Positions 41,901 through 56,865 of a stretch of 64,000 bases of DNA are shown here, one piece after another. Within the stretch, counting starts at the first letter, position 1. The number at the start of each line of letters is the position of its first letter. A program made the position numbers and the translations under genes. The stretch is from assembly GCA_002104945.1 (NCBI GenBank), contig MCFH01000002.1, positions 806,001 through 870,000 of the forward strand, read 5' to 3'. Origin of the DNA: Piromyces finnis finn. Its lineage: Eukaryota > Fungi > Neocallimastigomycota. Below the pieces are notes generated by a model. It worked only from the letters and a program-made list of their open reading frames with translations, made no database searches and was not told the origin of the DNA.

Positions 41901-44900
41901 CTTCATTTTCACTTTTAAGATCAATAATTATTCTATCCTTATCTTCTAATAAAATTTGATTTTCCTCAATATTTTTCTCTAAACGTTTATATTTTTCCAT
42001 TAATTCATCGTATTTTTCAGTTTTTGAAGCTAAATCAGCTTGACTTGTTGCTAAGTCAAGTTTTAATTGACTAAAATCTTCACTACTTGGTTCTCGACTA
42101 CCGTGATAACTTCCATTTTGTTTTAACTCATTTTCTAATTGTTTTACTTTCTTTAGTAAATCTTCATTTTCTGGTTCTAACTTTGAAATTGTACTATTCA
42201 AAACAGTTGATGATTGTTCTAGTTCCTTAATTTTGTATTCTGCTGACTTAAGTTTTTGTTCATAATTAGCAATATCTTTTTTAGAATCAGAATCCTGGAA
42301 TTTTTGAGAACGAGCAACTTCCCAACGAAGCACTCCAGATAAATGACAAAAAACATTGTGTTCTATTATACGTAAACGATCAACACTTCTCCATAAATCA
42401 TTTGCTAAAGAATCCACTTTCTTATTTGCATGAGAAAGTTGTTCTTTGGCTTTCTTTGCTTGTTTTGGATCTGAAGAGCTGTTTTTAGCAAAGGATACAG
42501 CTGCTTCACGAATTTTCGATTCCATTTGAAGTTTATATTGAATAGAAGCAACTCTTCTAGTTAAAGAAATAATATCCTTTTTCATTCTTTCATAAGTATT
42601 AGATTGAATTATATTAAATTTTGAAGTATCTGCCATGGCTTCATCAACTAAAACTTGCATTAACATCAAATCATCAGTATTAACCAAATCTGTTTCTGTA
42701 GTTAACGCTTTCATTAAATCACCAAAGTCATTTGGTACATCTTGTGGATTGATTTTTTGATTAATTCCAATAGCACCACTAACTGAAGAAATACCTCCGA
42801 ATACATGAGCATTTTCAAAATTAGATTTGGCTCCAAGTGTAGTACCGTGAGATGTTGCAGATTCTACAGAGTTTCTTTTACTCTTATTATCATTTTGTGA
42901 TCTAGTTGGTGATGTTGGTGATGTTAAATCACCAAGAATTCTTGATGGCATTGGTGGTGCATCTCTACTACTAAATGAAGCATCTGCATTAGCTACTAAT
43001 GTCTTTTCTGATCCTAAAGTACGGCTCCTTTCGAATTCATCAACTGATGTTGATAATGGTGATGCTTTCTTAAAACTACTTTCTTTATCTTCTGACTTTA
43101 ATAATTTTGCATCATTTTCTTTATTATCAATTTGAAGATTCTTTGGTAATATTTTATTATCATTTCTTAATCTTGGTGATCTATTATCATTTCTTGATTT
43201 ATCTCTTAAATCATCTCTATCTCTTGGGCCATTTCTTGAACCATCTCTTCCTTCTCTAATGTCATCTCTAGATTTATCTCTTATATCATCTCTATCTCTT
43301 GGACCATTTCTTGAACCATCTCTTCCTTCTCTAATGTCATCTCTAGATTTATCTCTCAAATCATCTCTATCTCTTGGGCCATCTCTTGGCTTATTTATAT
43401 CATCTCTAGATTTATCTCTTAAATCATCTCTATCTCTTGGGCCATTTCTTGAACCATCTCTTCCTTCTCTAATGTCATCTCTAGATTTATCTCTTAAATC
43501 ATCTCTATCTCTTGGGCCATCTCTTGGCTTATTTATATCATCTCTAGATTTATCTCTTAAATCATCTCTATCTCTTGGGCCATTTCTTGAACCATCTCTT
43601 CCTTCTCTAATGTCATCTCTAGATTTATCTCTTAAATCATCTCTATCTCTTGGGCCATTTCTTGAACCATCTCTTCCTTCTCTAATATCATCTCTAGATT
43701 TATCTCTTAAATCATCTCTATCTCTTGGGCCATTTCTTGAACCATCTCTTCCTTCTCTAATGTCATCTCTAGATTTATCTCTCAAATCATCTCTATCCCT
43801 TGGGCCATTTCTTAAACCATCTCTTCCTTCTCTAATGTCATCTCTAGATTTATCTCTTATATCATCTCTATCTCTTGGACCATTTCTTGAACCATCTCTT
43901 CCTTCTCTAATGTCATCTCTAGATTTATCTCTCAAATCATCTCTATCTCTTGGGCCATCTCTTGGCTTATTTATATCATCTCTAGATTTATCTCTTAAAT
44001 CATCTCTATCTCTTGGGCCATTTCTTGAACCATCTCTTCCTTCTCTAATGTCATCTCTAGATTTATCTCTTAAATCATCTCTATCTCTTGGGCCATCTCT
44101 TGGCTTATTTATATCATCTCTAGATTTATCTCTTAAATCATCTCTATCTCTTGGGCCATTTCTTGAACCATCTCTTCCTTCTCTAATGTCATCTCTTGAT
44201 TTATCTCTCAAATCATCTCTATCTCTTGGGCCATCTCTTGGCTTATTTATATCATCAAAAGTTTTATTTCTTGGATCATCCCTCAGTCCATCTCTTCCTT
44301 TTCTAAGATCATCTTTGGAATTATCTCTTGAGTTATCTCTTGAGTTATCTCTTGAATTATCCTTAGATCTCTCACCTCTTGGACCTCTTCTATCTCTTGG
44401 TGAAAGTGCATCCCTTGGTCTTGGAATGCGACGTGGACCATCTGGTGGTGATCCATTTTCATCTCTTAATGGCAATCTTTGAGAATTTGAAGGATCTCTA
44501 GATCTTGATCTAGAAACTAATTCTGAACTAGGATTAGAATAATCGGAATTTTCTCTTGGTCTTTGATTATAAGGAGAAATATTTGGTTGTGACTCTTTTC
44601 TAGATCTTGTACGAGGTGGTGTTGGTAGTGCTGGTGGTACATCATTTTCTTTTGGAGAAATAATAGGTGCATCAACATCAGGATCAGTATCTTTTATTTT
44701 TGGCGATTCCACAATAGGTATGTTTAAATCATCATTATTATAATCATGATTGGAATCATAATCACTATCTCTTTGTTTTGTAATTCGAGGTGGTAATATT
44801 GGGGCATTTGGATCATAATCATTTTCTCTTTGTCTTGGAGTACGAGGTGGTAATATTGGGGCATTTGGATCATAATCATTTTCTCTTTGTCTTGGAGTAC

Positions 44901-46413
44901 GAGGTGGTAATATTGGGGCATTTGGATCATAATCATTTTCTCTTTGTCTTGGAGTACGAGGTGGTAATATTGGGGCATTTGGATCATAGTCATTTTCTCT
45001 TTGCCTTGGAGTACGAGGTGGTAATATTGGGGCATTTGGATCATAATCATTATCTCTTATTCTTGGAGTACGAGGAGGTCCATTAGTATCATTATCTCTC
45101 ATTCTTGGTGTACGTGGAGGAGGACCATTTGGATCACGACCTCTGTCATCTCTGAAACTACGATCTGGGTTTGGACGTCTTTCATCTCTAAAACTACGAT
45201 CTGGATTTGGACGATTACGACCTCTATCATCTCTAAAACTTCGATCTGGATTAGGACGTCTATCATCTCTAAAACTACGATCTGGGTTTGGACGTCTATC
45301 ATCTCTAAAACTACGATCTGGGTTTGGGGATCTTGGTGGTCTTCTATTTTTATCTTCACCCATTCTTGGTGTACGAGGCGGTGTACCTGGATTATGTCTA
45401 TCAGCTCTTTCATCGTCTCTGATTTTTGGAGTGCGAGGTGGAGATCCATTATCGTTTCTGGCAGTAATATTTTCATGAACTAAACGTGGTGTATTAGATG
45501 GTGAATTTCTTGGACTTTTATTATCACGTCCTCTATCATCTCTAAAACTACGATCGGGATTTGTACGATCACGACCTCTATCATCCCTAAAACTACGATC
45601 GGGATTTGCACGATTACGACCTCTATCATCCCTAAAACTACGATCGGGGTTTGGTCGTTCATCCCTTTCTTTATTATCATACGAAACGTTAGAGTCATCA
45701 TGGGCATTTCTTAATAAAGATTTAGCTCTTGATCTTCTGTTGTTTAATGCTGAACCAATAGATCTTGATCTTGGTCTCATTCTTGATCTCCTGTTTGGAT
45801 CATCACGACTACGAGGACTACGTGGACTATTATTAGGTGATTTTTTAGAAACAGGCTTATGTAATGTTGCTTTATCATCTAATATTTGTGAATTTGTAAG
45901 GTAAAATTCGTCTTCATATTCTTTTACGCTACTACCATTATTACTCAAATATGACTGTTTATTTTTCGATTCATTTTGTGTTTTTTCCCTTCTATTAAAT
46001 ATTGATTCTCTTTCTTCATTTGAGAGGTGCATTGATTCAATCTGACTTGTTGCTCTGCTTTTCATTGTTACACTAAAATCTTCAATTTCATCTAATAATG
46101 TTGATAACCTTTGTGATTTTGGTGATTTAATATCACTTTCTGCTTTCTTAACATCATCCACCCTATTATCCTGATAAATAGACATATTGATATATTAAAA
46201 ATTTACAAATTACATTAATTTTTTAATAAATATATAATATTAATTATTATCTATTAATTATTAATATTATTTCTTACGCTTTGAATTTCTCCATTTTGTT
46301 CACCTTCACCAACTATTGCGTTTTTTAATCTATAAAAATAACTCTATAATAATATAAAATTAATTTTAAAATTTTAGATTTCTGTGCTTTAAAAAAAAAA
46401 TACTTACAGCCAT
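38911..46413 (-). CDS. Large coiled-coil protein with an Up-regulated-during-septation (Uds1)-like domain and a repeat-rich N-terminus; about 2440 aa
   Basis: Main exon 46170-38911 (ORF-track 2424 aa). Uds1-like segment LVDEAM..FNII..YERMKKDIISLTRRVASIQYKLQMESKIREAA...ANKKVDSLANDLW...HLSGVL. C-terminal IRKEFRKLLQDTR motif and long heptad-rich coiled coil. The proposed upstream exons 46413-46408 and 46343-46278 are less certain. The domain was recognised by eye. Confidence 0.8.
39650..39795 (-). repeat. Coding 33-nt repeat (KKIKNLTGDYD) x4
   Basis: Translation shows DKKIKNLTDDY DKKIKNLTGDY EKKIKNLTGDY DKKIKNLTGDY. Confidence 0.9.
43190..44260 (-). repeat. Coding minisatellite of interspersed 75-nt (25-aa) and 63-nt (21-aa) units
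   Basis: Unit A is DDLRDKSRDDIREGRDGSRNGPRDR; unit B is DDLRDKSRDDINKPRDGPRDR. Confidence 0.95.
44786..45075 (-). repeat. Coding 57-nt repeat (RTPRQRENDYDPNAPILPP) x5
   Basis: CGAGGTGGTAATATTGGGGCATTTGGATC recurs at a 57-bp period from 44786 to 45014. Confidence 0.95.
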
Positions 46414-49400
46414 TTTATATTAAATATATTACAAATAAAGCTTATTATTGAATTTTTCAATTATAATTTTTAAGGGGAATGAACTTTTTTATTTTTATTT
46501 TATTTTAATAAAAAGAAAGTTGATGTTTCCTCTTATATTTTATATGCAAATTATTATTTTAAAAATTTTTGATTAATTTTATATACAATTATATTGATTA
46601 ACCAATATATATTTAAGTTTATATTTTAATATAACGTTATTTGTTATTAAGTTACAACTTTTAAATATACTATTAACTAGAAATTTAATTTTTATTAAAA
46701 AAATATAATTAGTATATTGTTAATTTAAAAAAAAAAAATAAAATAAAATAAAATTAAAAATAATTACTATGAATAAATTTAAATTAAAATTCATTTAAAA
46801 TTTGCATTAATATATTATTTATAATAAAATAGTTTAAATAAATTATAATTTTAAATCATTAAAATTTAAAATAAAAAAATTATTAAAATTTTTATCTACT
46901 AAAATCTACATTTATAAACAATACCACTTTATTTATATATAGTTAATGTTTTTTAATTACCTTTATTACTAGAAATAAGAAAATCTAAGTAGTTTATAAA
47001 CTATTAAAGTACACTTATTAAAACGATATTATCAAATCTTTTTACTAAAATCGGAATTTATGTATATATAGAAAAATATAATGTCTAATATATAATAAAA
47101 TTCATTGCTATTGAAATTATAAATGTGGATATTTTAAATTGTTAAATATTATAATTTTTATAATATTATGATGTTGCATATATTCACAAAAAAAAAAAAA
47201 AAAAGTAAATTATAATGTTTTTAATTAGATTTCACTTTACTTTTTTTTGTTTGTATTTCTATTATAATTCTTATTTTTCTTATTATTATAAATGAGAAAG
47301 TGTTATTTTTTGTTTTGATTTACTTAAATTAAACTTTAATATTAATTTCTTTTATGTTTTTTAAATAAAAATGAAAAAAAAAAAAAAAAGGAACATAACA
47401 TACAATAAATAAAATAATAATTCACATTTATAAATTATTATTTTTTTACAATTATAAATATTTTATTTGATAATGTTCACTTTTTTTTTAATGCTTTATT
47501 ATTTTATAAAAAAAACAAATAATATTAAGTAAAATAAATTATAAACATATACATTCATAACAAAAAAAAGGATAATTTTAAATATTAAAATAAAGAAAAG
47601 AATGAAATTTTAATAATTAAATTTATTATTTAATATATATATATGATATATTATAATATATTATAATTTATTATAATATATTGTGTATTATCAATTATGA
47701 TAATATATGGTCAACCAAACTTTATGTTATATTATTTCTATATTATTATATTTTATAATAATATATATAGATTAATTTAACATTAATTATGGAGATTTGA
47801 AATAAAATTTTAAAATGTAACTTTACTAACTAATATTATATAAATATATTAATAAATAATAATAAAAAATAATTAACATTTTTTCTTTGTTGGGTGTATC
47901 TAAAAGTAAAATCAATTTCAATAGTATAATGAATGATATTAGTTATATAGTGTTTTAAAATTTTATATTTTTATAATTAATAAAGGATGGCTTTTAGTAT
48001 AATAATGATTTATAAGAAAATTCATTTTCAATATTACAACAATACACAAATAAATAAAAAATAAAAAGGCTTAGAATGGTCACGTGTTTTAATATAATAT
48101 ATAAGTTTTTATATATTATATTGTATATATTGTCAAATCCTTAAATTGTTATACTTAATTCCCTAATTGATTTACTTGTAAAAAAAATTTTTTAGTATGA
48201 AATGATAGTTATCAATCATTTATATTATTATTATTCATGTTTTCGGTATTTTTAAATGACTTTTTTTTAAATTCAAAATTATTTTGTATTTATTATAGTT
48301 ATTATTCTTCTAGCTATATTTTTTGATGCTTTTCTTTTTTGTTAATTAATCATTGGTTTTAGTTATGATATTATATAAACTTTATTTATTTAGTTATTTA
48401 TTTACTTTTTTAATCATTTCTATATGTTGTTATAGAACTTTATTAAATAATAAAAATAATATTAATTAAATTTAATATGTAATTAATTAAGTCATCCAAT
48501 GAAATTATTCGCTTATAAAATAATACAATCTTAAATTAATTTTTTTTTCCAAGTTATATATATTAACTTTTAATATAAAATAGAATTAAAAGAACATTTC
48601 TTTTTTTTTTATGCACTTTTATTCATTTTTTCTTTGTATTTAATTATTTATTTATTAAAGTTTGATTTTAATTTTTTTGTAAAACAGTTAAATAAACTTT
48701 AATTATTAATATTTTGTTATAAATTTCTTTAGACAAAAACTTTTTCTATAAATTGAAAATAGGAATAATATTTACTAATAAACAAATTTAAAACATAAAT
48801 TAAAAAAAAGTTTAAGAAGTCATGTTTGAAAAAAATGATCATAAATTAAAAATGAACAAATCTTGAGAAAATAAATGCAATAATAATAAATGGATAAAAC
48901 ATAGAATTAAATTAAAACAAAACTATTTAACTTAAATAAAAAATTTTATTAGAAAAGAATATACATTTTTTATATTTAATTTTTAAAAAAAAAAATGAAA
49001 TAGTTTTTTTAATTGTAAATATAGTTTCAGTATTTAATCTTTTTTTTTATCTTGAAATAAAAAAATAATTATTATAATATTAATAATTATTTATTTTAGT
49101 ATTTTAGTATTTATACAACAAAATAAAACAATGTTTTCCACAATATTAGAAATTTCGTTTGAAAATAAAATCAATAACAATTTTATATAATTAATTTTCA
49201 CATGATTCATGAAATATATAAAATGCTAAAACTCTAACTTAACTAGGAATCTATACTATAATTACATTTACATATGTTTCTCAGATTTTATGGATTTTCC
49301 ATTCTTTACCTTATTAAAAAAAACTAAAAATAAATTTTATATTCAAAACTCTTAAAATGATTTTTTTTTTTAATACAATGTTTTTTATTTATATATATAT

Positions 49401-49688
49401 TTACTATTTACATGCTTATTTATATATATTTATTTATATATATTTATATAATATATCCATGTACGATATATTTAATGCTTACATCGATTAAATATAAAAT
49501 TAAATACATTGCTTTATTTTTATTTTTTTTTATCTTTTTTTTTTTTTCTGTTTTTTAATTGATTGTTATATATAATATTCAATAATTAATATTTTCTTCA
49601 TTTATTAATTATTAATAATGTCTAATATTATTAAATAATTCAATAATATTTTTCTTTACTTTGATTTTCTTTTTGTAAATATTTACAT

Positions 49689-49868
49689 TTACTTCTTGAT
49701 GTAAATAACATAGATAGCATGAATTAAACCGAGAATACCAACACCAACAATATATAAGATAAGGTTAATCCAGAAATCCATATCAAGTTGGTTATTCTTA
49801 TGTAAGAAAATAGCTAATGGTGAAAGGAAAATAAGGCAAATAATCTTAACAATTTCCATAGCATCCAT
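49689..49868 (-). CDS. PMP3: Pmp3/YqaE (UPF0057) family small membrane proteolipid, 59 aa, intronless
   Basis: MDAMEIVKIICLIFLSPLAIFLHKNNQLDMDFWINLILYIVGVGILGLIHAIYVIYIKK: two hydrophobic helices and the family pattern I(L)xI(F)LPPLAV...FWINLIL...GxIHAxYV. It falls just below the ORF-track size cut-off. Confidence 0.9.
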   Translation of the reverse strand: MDAMEIVKIICLIFLSPLAIFLHKNNQLDMDFWINLILYIVGVGILGLIHAIYVIYIKK

Positions 49869-51239
49869 GTTGAATAATTATTACTTCTTTAATTAAGAAA
49901 ATTTTAATAAATGAGATTAAGAATATATTATTTTTATTGTTGATTTGTATTATGAAACTGAATAATCAAGATTTTGACTAAAATTCATTCAATTTATATA
50001 TCAAAAAATTTTCCGACTCCATAGTAAATCTATAAAATTTATTAGTAAAAAAAATAAAACTTTAAAAATTTTATCAACTTTGTTATTTTTTATTTATATT
50101 TATAGTAACTTTTAGTTCTATTAGTCATAAAAAGTAAATAAATTTAAAAGTTTAATTTATCAATTATCTAATTATATACTTATACTTTTGATTATAAAAA
50201 CAAACATAATCTACATTATTATTTTTATAATAAAATGTGTTAAAATAAAAAAAAATCTAATGTTTTTTTAATATACAATTTCTAACCTTTTTCATTTCAC
50301 CAATAAATAATAAATAAATAGTATCGGAAAAAACTTTGATCTACATTTTTAAAAATTAAACTATTAAAATTATTAAAATTAGTTGATTTATTTTAAGAAA
50401 TGTATATACTATGATATATAAAGTTATCGTTAAACATATCATATATATATAATACTCATTAATATTTATGATATAATGATTAGAAATGATCATTATTGTG
50501 TTAAAATTATAACTAAAATTATTATTATAGATTTATAATTAAATTATTATTTAATAATTAAATAATTTAAATAATATTTAAAAGATCTCTAAAATATCAC
50601 TCTATTATTATTATTGAAAACAATAAAAAGTATGAAAATTCGATGATGAACTAGAAAACAACCCATCAACCTATTTAATCTATAGATTTTATCTTAATTT
50701 TATATTTAGCTTACGTAATCTAAACTTATTGTTATCAAATAAAAAATTAAAATAAAATTTTTTTTAAAAGAATACCTTAATAAAACACTAAAATATAAAG
50801 CAAACGTTAAAATACATACATATTGGTGTTTTTTTTATATATATAAATTTTATTTGCATTGATGGTTTAAATAATATATATATTATAAAAAATTCTTATG
50901 TGAATTACATTTTTATTTAATATATAAATAAGTTTAATAAATATATTATTCCATATTTTAGGTATATATGATTTATTACGATTATTATTATCTATTTTAT
51001 TATTACTATTATTAATCTTTATTATAATTCATTTACATAATTATTTTTTCACTTTTTTCTTTATCCTAAATTTTTTTTATAAATGTAAAAATAAAAGAGA
51101 AAAAAATTTAAAAAAAAAACATTATATATTTTTGATTTGTAATATTGGTAATTTTATATTAAATTATAAATAGACTGATGTTTAAAATTAAGATATTTTT
51201 AATTCTGTTGTTGTCATTGTTATTGTTTTCTTTTTTTGT

Positions 51240-51270
<31 letters not shown>

Positions 51271-51326
51271 GTTTTGTTTTAACTTTCTTCAAAGATCTGT
51301 ATTTTTCTGACACTCATTTATAGAAT

Positions 51327-52326
51327 TTAAATAGAAGATTCCTTTTTCTTTAAACGGCGTTGTTTAACATCCCAATTATAAACTCTTGCTATGTCTATTA
51401 TTAATTAATCAATAAAAAAATAAAATTAAGGATATAACAATAGTTCACCTTTCAAAGTATAATTCTTACCACTAATATAATATATTTGTTTAGTATAATA
51501 ATATAATATTATGAAAAAAAGGATACTGACTTCCATAGTAGTAATTTGGTTTCTTAAAAATTCTAAATCTTCCTTAATGTTACTTAAACTTTTTTCAGCA
51601 GTAGCTAATTTTTCTTCTAAAAGAGTCTTAGCTTCGTCAGTAGTGTATTCTAACATAACATTAACCTATAATCATAATATTTACATTATTATATATTATA
51701 TTGTTATTAAATGGCATTATTTATTATTTTTTAATATTTATTAATATATTTTTTTTAATAACTACTTACACCTAACCATAAGTAAACAGTTTTTGTTGGC
51801 TTAATCTTAGCAGTAGCATAGATAGTATCATTAAGTTCATAGTTGGTAATAATATCCTCTTCAGAATCCTTATATATTAAATGAAAGCAAGTTAAATAAA
51901 AAATATTAATAAAAAATTAGTTGTGCTATTGTTATATTCATTTAAAAAAATAATTGTTATTTTCTATTATTATTGACTGTGAATTTTTACCTGCTTTGAA
52001 ATTATATATAATACCATATCTAAAGTTTTTCTTAAATCTGGAATTTTTCCTTCTAAAATTTTTTTTCTTTGTAAGTGGGAGGATTCCATAAACTTGTACT
52101 TACTAATGAATAATACATAAGCAAAAAATAAAGTTATTATTAAATTTAAAATTACTGGAATAATAATATTTTTTAAAATAGTTATAATAACTTGAAATAT
52201 AATAATAAATTGTAATATATTCTTGTTTTTATATATTGCTTGGCTAATATAAAATAATAAATGAATTATATAATTTATATAACTCACTTATTAATTTAAA
52301 ATTACTCTATATTTATATTTATATAA

Positions 52327-52365
<39 letters not shown>

Positions 52366-53108
52366 TTATAATGTTTTTTGCGTAAATTTATTCAATTCTT
52401 TATCAAATAAAAAACATAACTTTAAATTAAACAATAGATAAGTAATTGATTATTATTAATTATTTCGATATTAATTTCATTTTCCTTATATTAATTATTT
52501 AAATAATAATTATATTGATTATATGGTTATTTTTAAAATATATATGTTTAAATATCAATAATTGTTTTTTTTTTTTATGAATGATTTAATAATTGATGGA
52601 TTATTTATTATAATGGTTTAAAATGTGGAAAATAATTTATTTTATTCTTATATTTATTAAAATTAAAATAATCATATATATATATTAAATTTAAACATGC
52701 CCAATCATTTCAGTAAATTTTCTTAAAGTGGTTTCAGCATTTTCATCAATAAATTCTTCAACTTTATCCTAAAATTAATTCATTTATTTTTATAGAAAGA
52801 TTATTTTAAACGTACATATATATATAAAGATAAATTTAATTAATACAGGAAAAATTATATAATAGATGAATATAGTTTAAATTTAAATAATAATAAGTTA
52901 TTGAGTTTAGTATTTTATTATGATTTTATGATTTTATGATTTTAAAAAATAAATGATTCATTCATGCAATATAAATAAATATTGGAAATGTATAATATAT
53001 TTTACAATTATATATACGTGTGTATATATTTTATATTCAATATAATATGCTTACGACAAATGGAGCCTTTGGGATACCACGAGGATTGGATTCAAGATTT
53101 ACAGACAT
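51327..53108 (-). CDS. PFDN3: Prefoldin subunit 3 (VBP1/Pac10); 6 exons, 179 aa
   Basis: Exons 53108-53055, 52768-52701, 52102-51991, 51868-51770, 51665-51527, 51394-51327 (540 nt). Motifs NPRGIPKAPFV, KYKFME, KIPDLRKTL, YELNDTIYA, VYLWLG-NVMLEY, QITTMEVNIARVYNWDV. Intron 2 is modelled as GC-AG. Confidence 0.93.
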
Positions 53109-53869
53109 TTTAATACTTTAAATTTTTAAATAAAATAATATTAATTTTAAAAATTTAATAAGTTGATCTCTAATAATAATAAAAATTAAAAAAATTTTAA
53201 CAACTAAATAAACACATATGTATCCTTTTGATTAATTTAAAACCATTCCTTTAATATACTTCAATATTTTTAATTTATTACACTACTAACCTATAAATTT
53301 ATTTTCAATTACAATAAACAGTTTATTGATGAAATAAAAACTTCAGACTATAAAAAAGAAAAAAAAAAATTTTTATAATATATAATTATCAAATTAATTG
53401 ATAATTTTATTAAAAATTATTATTTCCAATAAAATTATCTTTAATTAACAAAATTATTTTGTTTTTTTTATTTTTTATATTAAATAAAATTAATGATTAT
53501 ATCGCAGCAACTGTTTAACTACACAATTTAATTTTTATTAAAAACATTTCTTATAATCTAAATCAAATAACTCTATTAGATAGAAATTATGTAATAAGGT
53601 AATTGACAAAAAAAAAAATAATTATTATTATTTTTTGCTAAATTTAAAAATTCTTTTTTTTTTTTTTATTGAAAGTAGTATTAAAAATATTATTAAAATA
53701 TTGTTATACATAAATAATGGATATAATTTAAAAAAAAAAAAATAAATAAATAAACAAGACATATATATAATGAATGAATAAATAAAATAATTTAAAATAT
53801 TATTTGAATACTCTAATAAGGAATAGTAATTTTTCTTATTTTTAAATATTATTATTTTATATATTTAAT

Positions 53870-55878
<2,009 letters not shown>

Positions 55879-56458
55879 TTTTGAACAATAATTATATTTA
55901 TTTATATGTTTTTTTTTTTTGGTTTATCAAGACTTATATTGCCAAAAAAGAAGAAAAAGAAGAAAATACAAATTAATAAATTAAAATTTTAAAAGAAAAT
56001 TTCAACTATTCATAAATCACTTTTAAATAGCATTCTATTAAAAAACAAATATCAAATCAAATTCGAAAAGTATTTCTTTCAATTAAATTAACTCAAATTC
56101 TTTAAATACTTTTTAACATTTAGAAAAATTATATAGATTTTAAATAAAATTAGAAATAAAAAAAAAAAAAAAGGGATTTAAGATTTTAAGAATTCTTTTT
56201 AATAATTTATATATATTTTCATGATTGTTAAAATATTTAAATTTTCTAAATATTTTTTTTTCCTTTAAAAAAGTAAATATATATTTTTTATTTTGTGTAA
56301 CTTGTTTTTTAAAAAAATTTCAGGATATTTTATATATTTTAATGATTTAACATTGTTAATATATATTTCTGCATTTCTATAAGAAAAAAATGTTAATATT
56401 CTTTCATAATATAATAATTAATTGGTATTTCAAAGATTTTAACAAAAAGCTACTAACA

Positions 56459-56865
56459 TATATACATATTTTTTATTTTTCAAAATTTTCTTTATTAAAA
56501 TTATTATATGAATTATTTTTTTCTTTTTATTTTTATAACTAAGATAATAAGAATTGAATATTTTCATTTTTAATTTGGTATAGAAATTTCATAAATAAAA
56601 GGTCAAATACAGCAACATTATTTTCCTTTTATACAAATATTATAAATGATGTAAAAACTTATATACATATTTTTTATTTTTCAAAATTTTCTTTATTAAA
56701 ATTATTATATGAATTATTTTTTTCTTTTTATTTTTATAACTAAGATAATAAGAATTGAATATTTTCATTTTTAATTTGGTATAGAAATTTCATAAATAAA
56801 AGGTCAAATACAGCAACATTATTTTCCTTTTATACAAATATTATAAATGATGTAAAAACTTATAT
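56459..56865. repeat. 201-bp perfect tandem duplication
   Basis: ATATACATATTTTTTATTTTTC starts at 56460 and 56661; the two copies match by eye. Confidence 0.93.

Noticed and set aside
43259-44482. 407-aa antisense Ser/Leu-rich ORF
   Set aside because: The strand is almost all pyrimidine opposite R/D codons, so stops are excluded by the repeat unit; no independent evidence of coding.
44724-45707. Short alternate-frame ORFs over the 57-nt and DRSFRDDR repeats
   Set aside because: Repeat-induced shadows inside the main ORF.
51970-52287. 105-aa ORF as a standalone gene
   Set aside because: It is PFDN3 exon 3 plus read-through into flanking introns.
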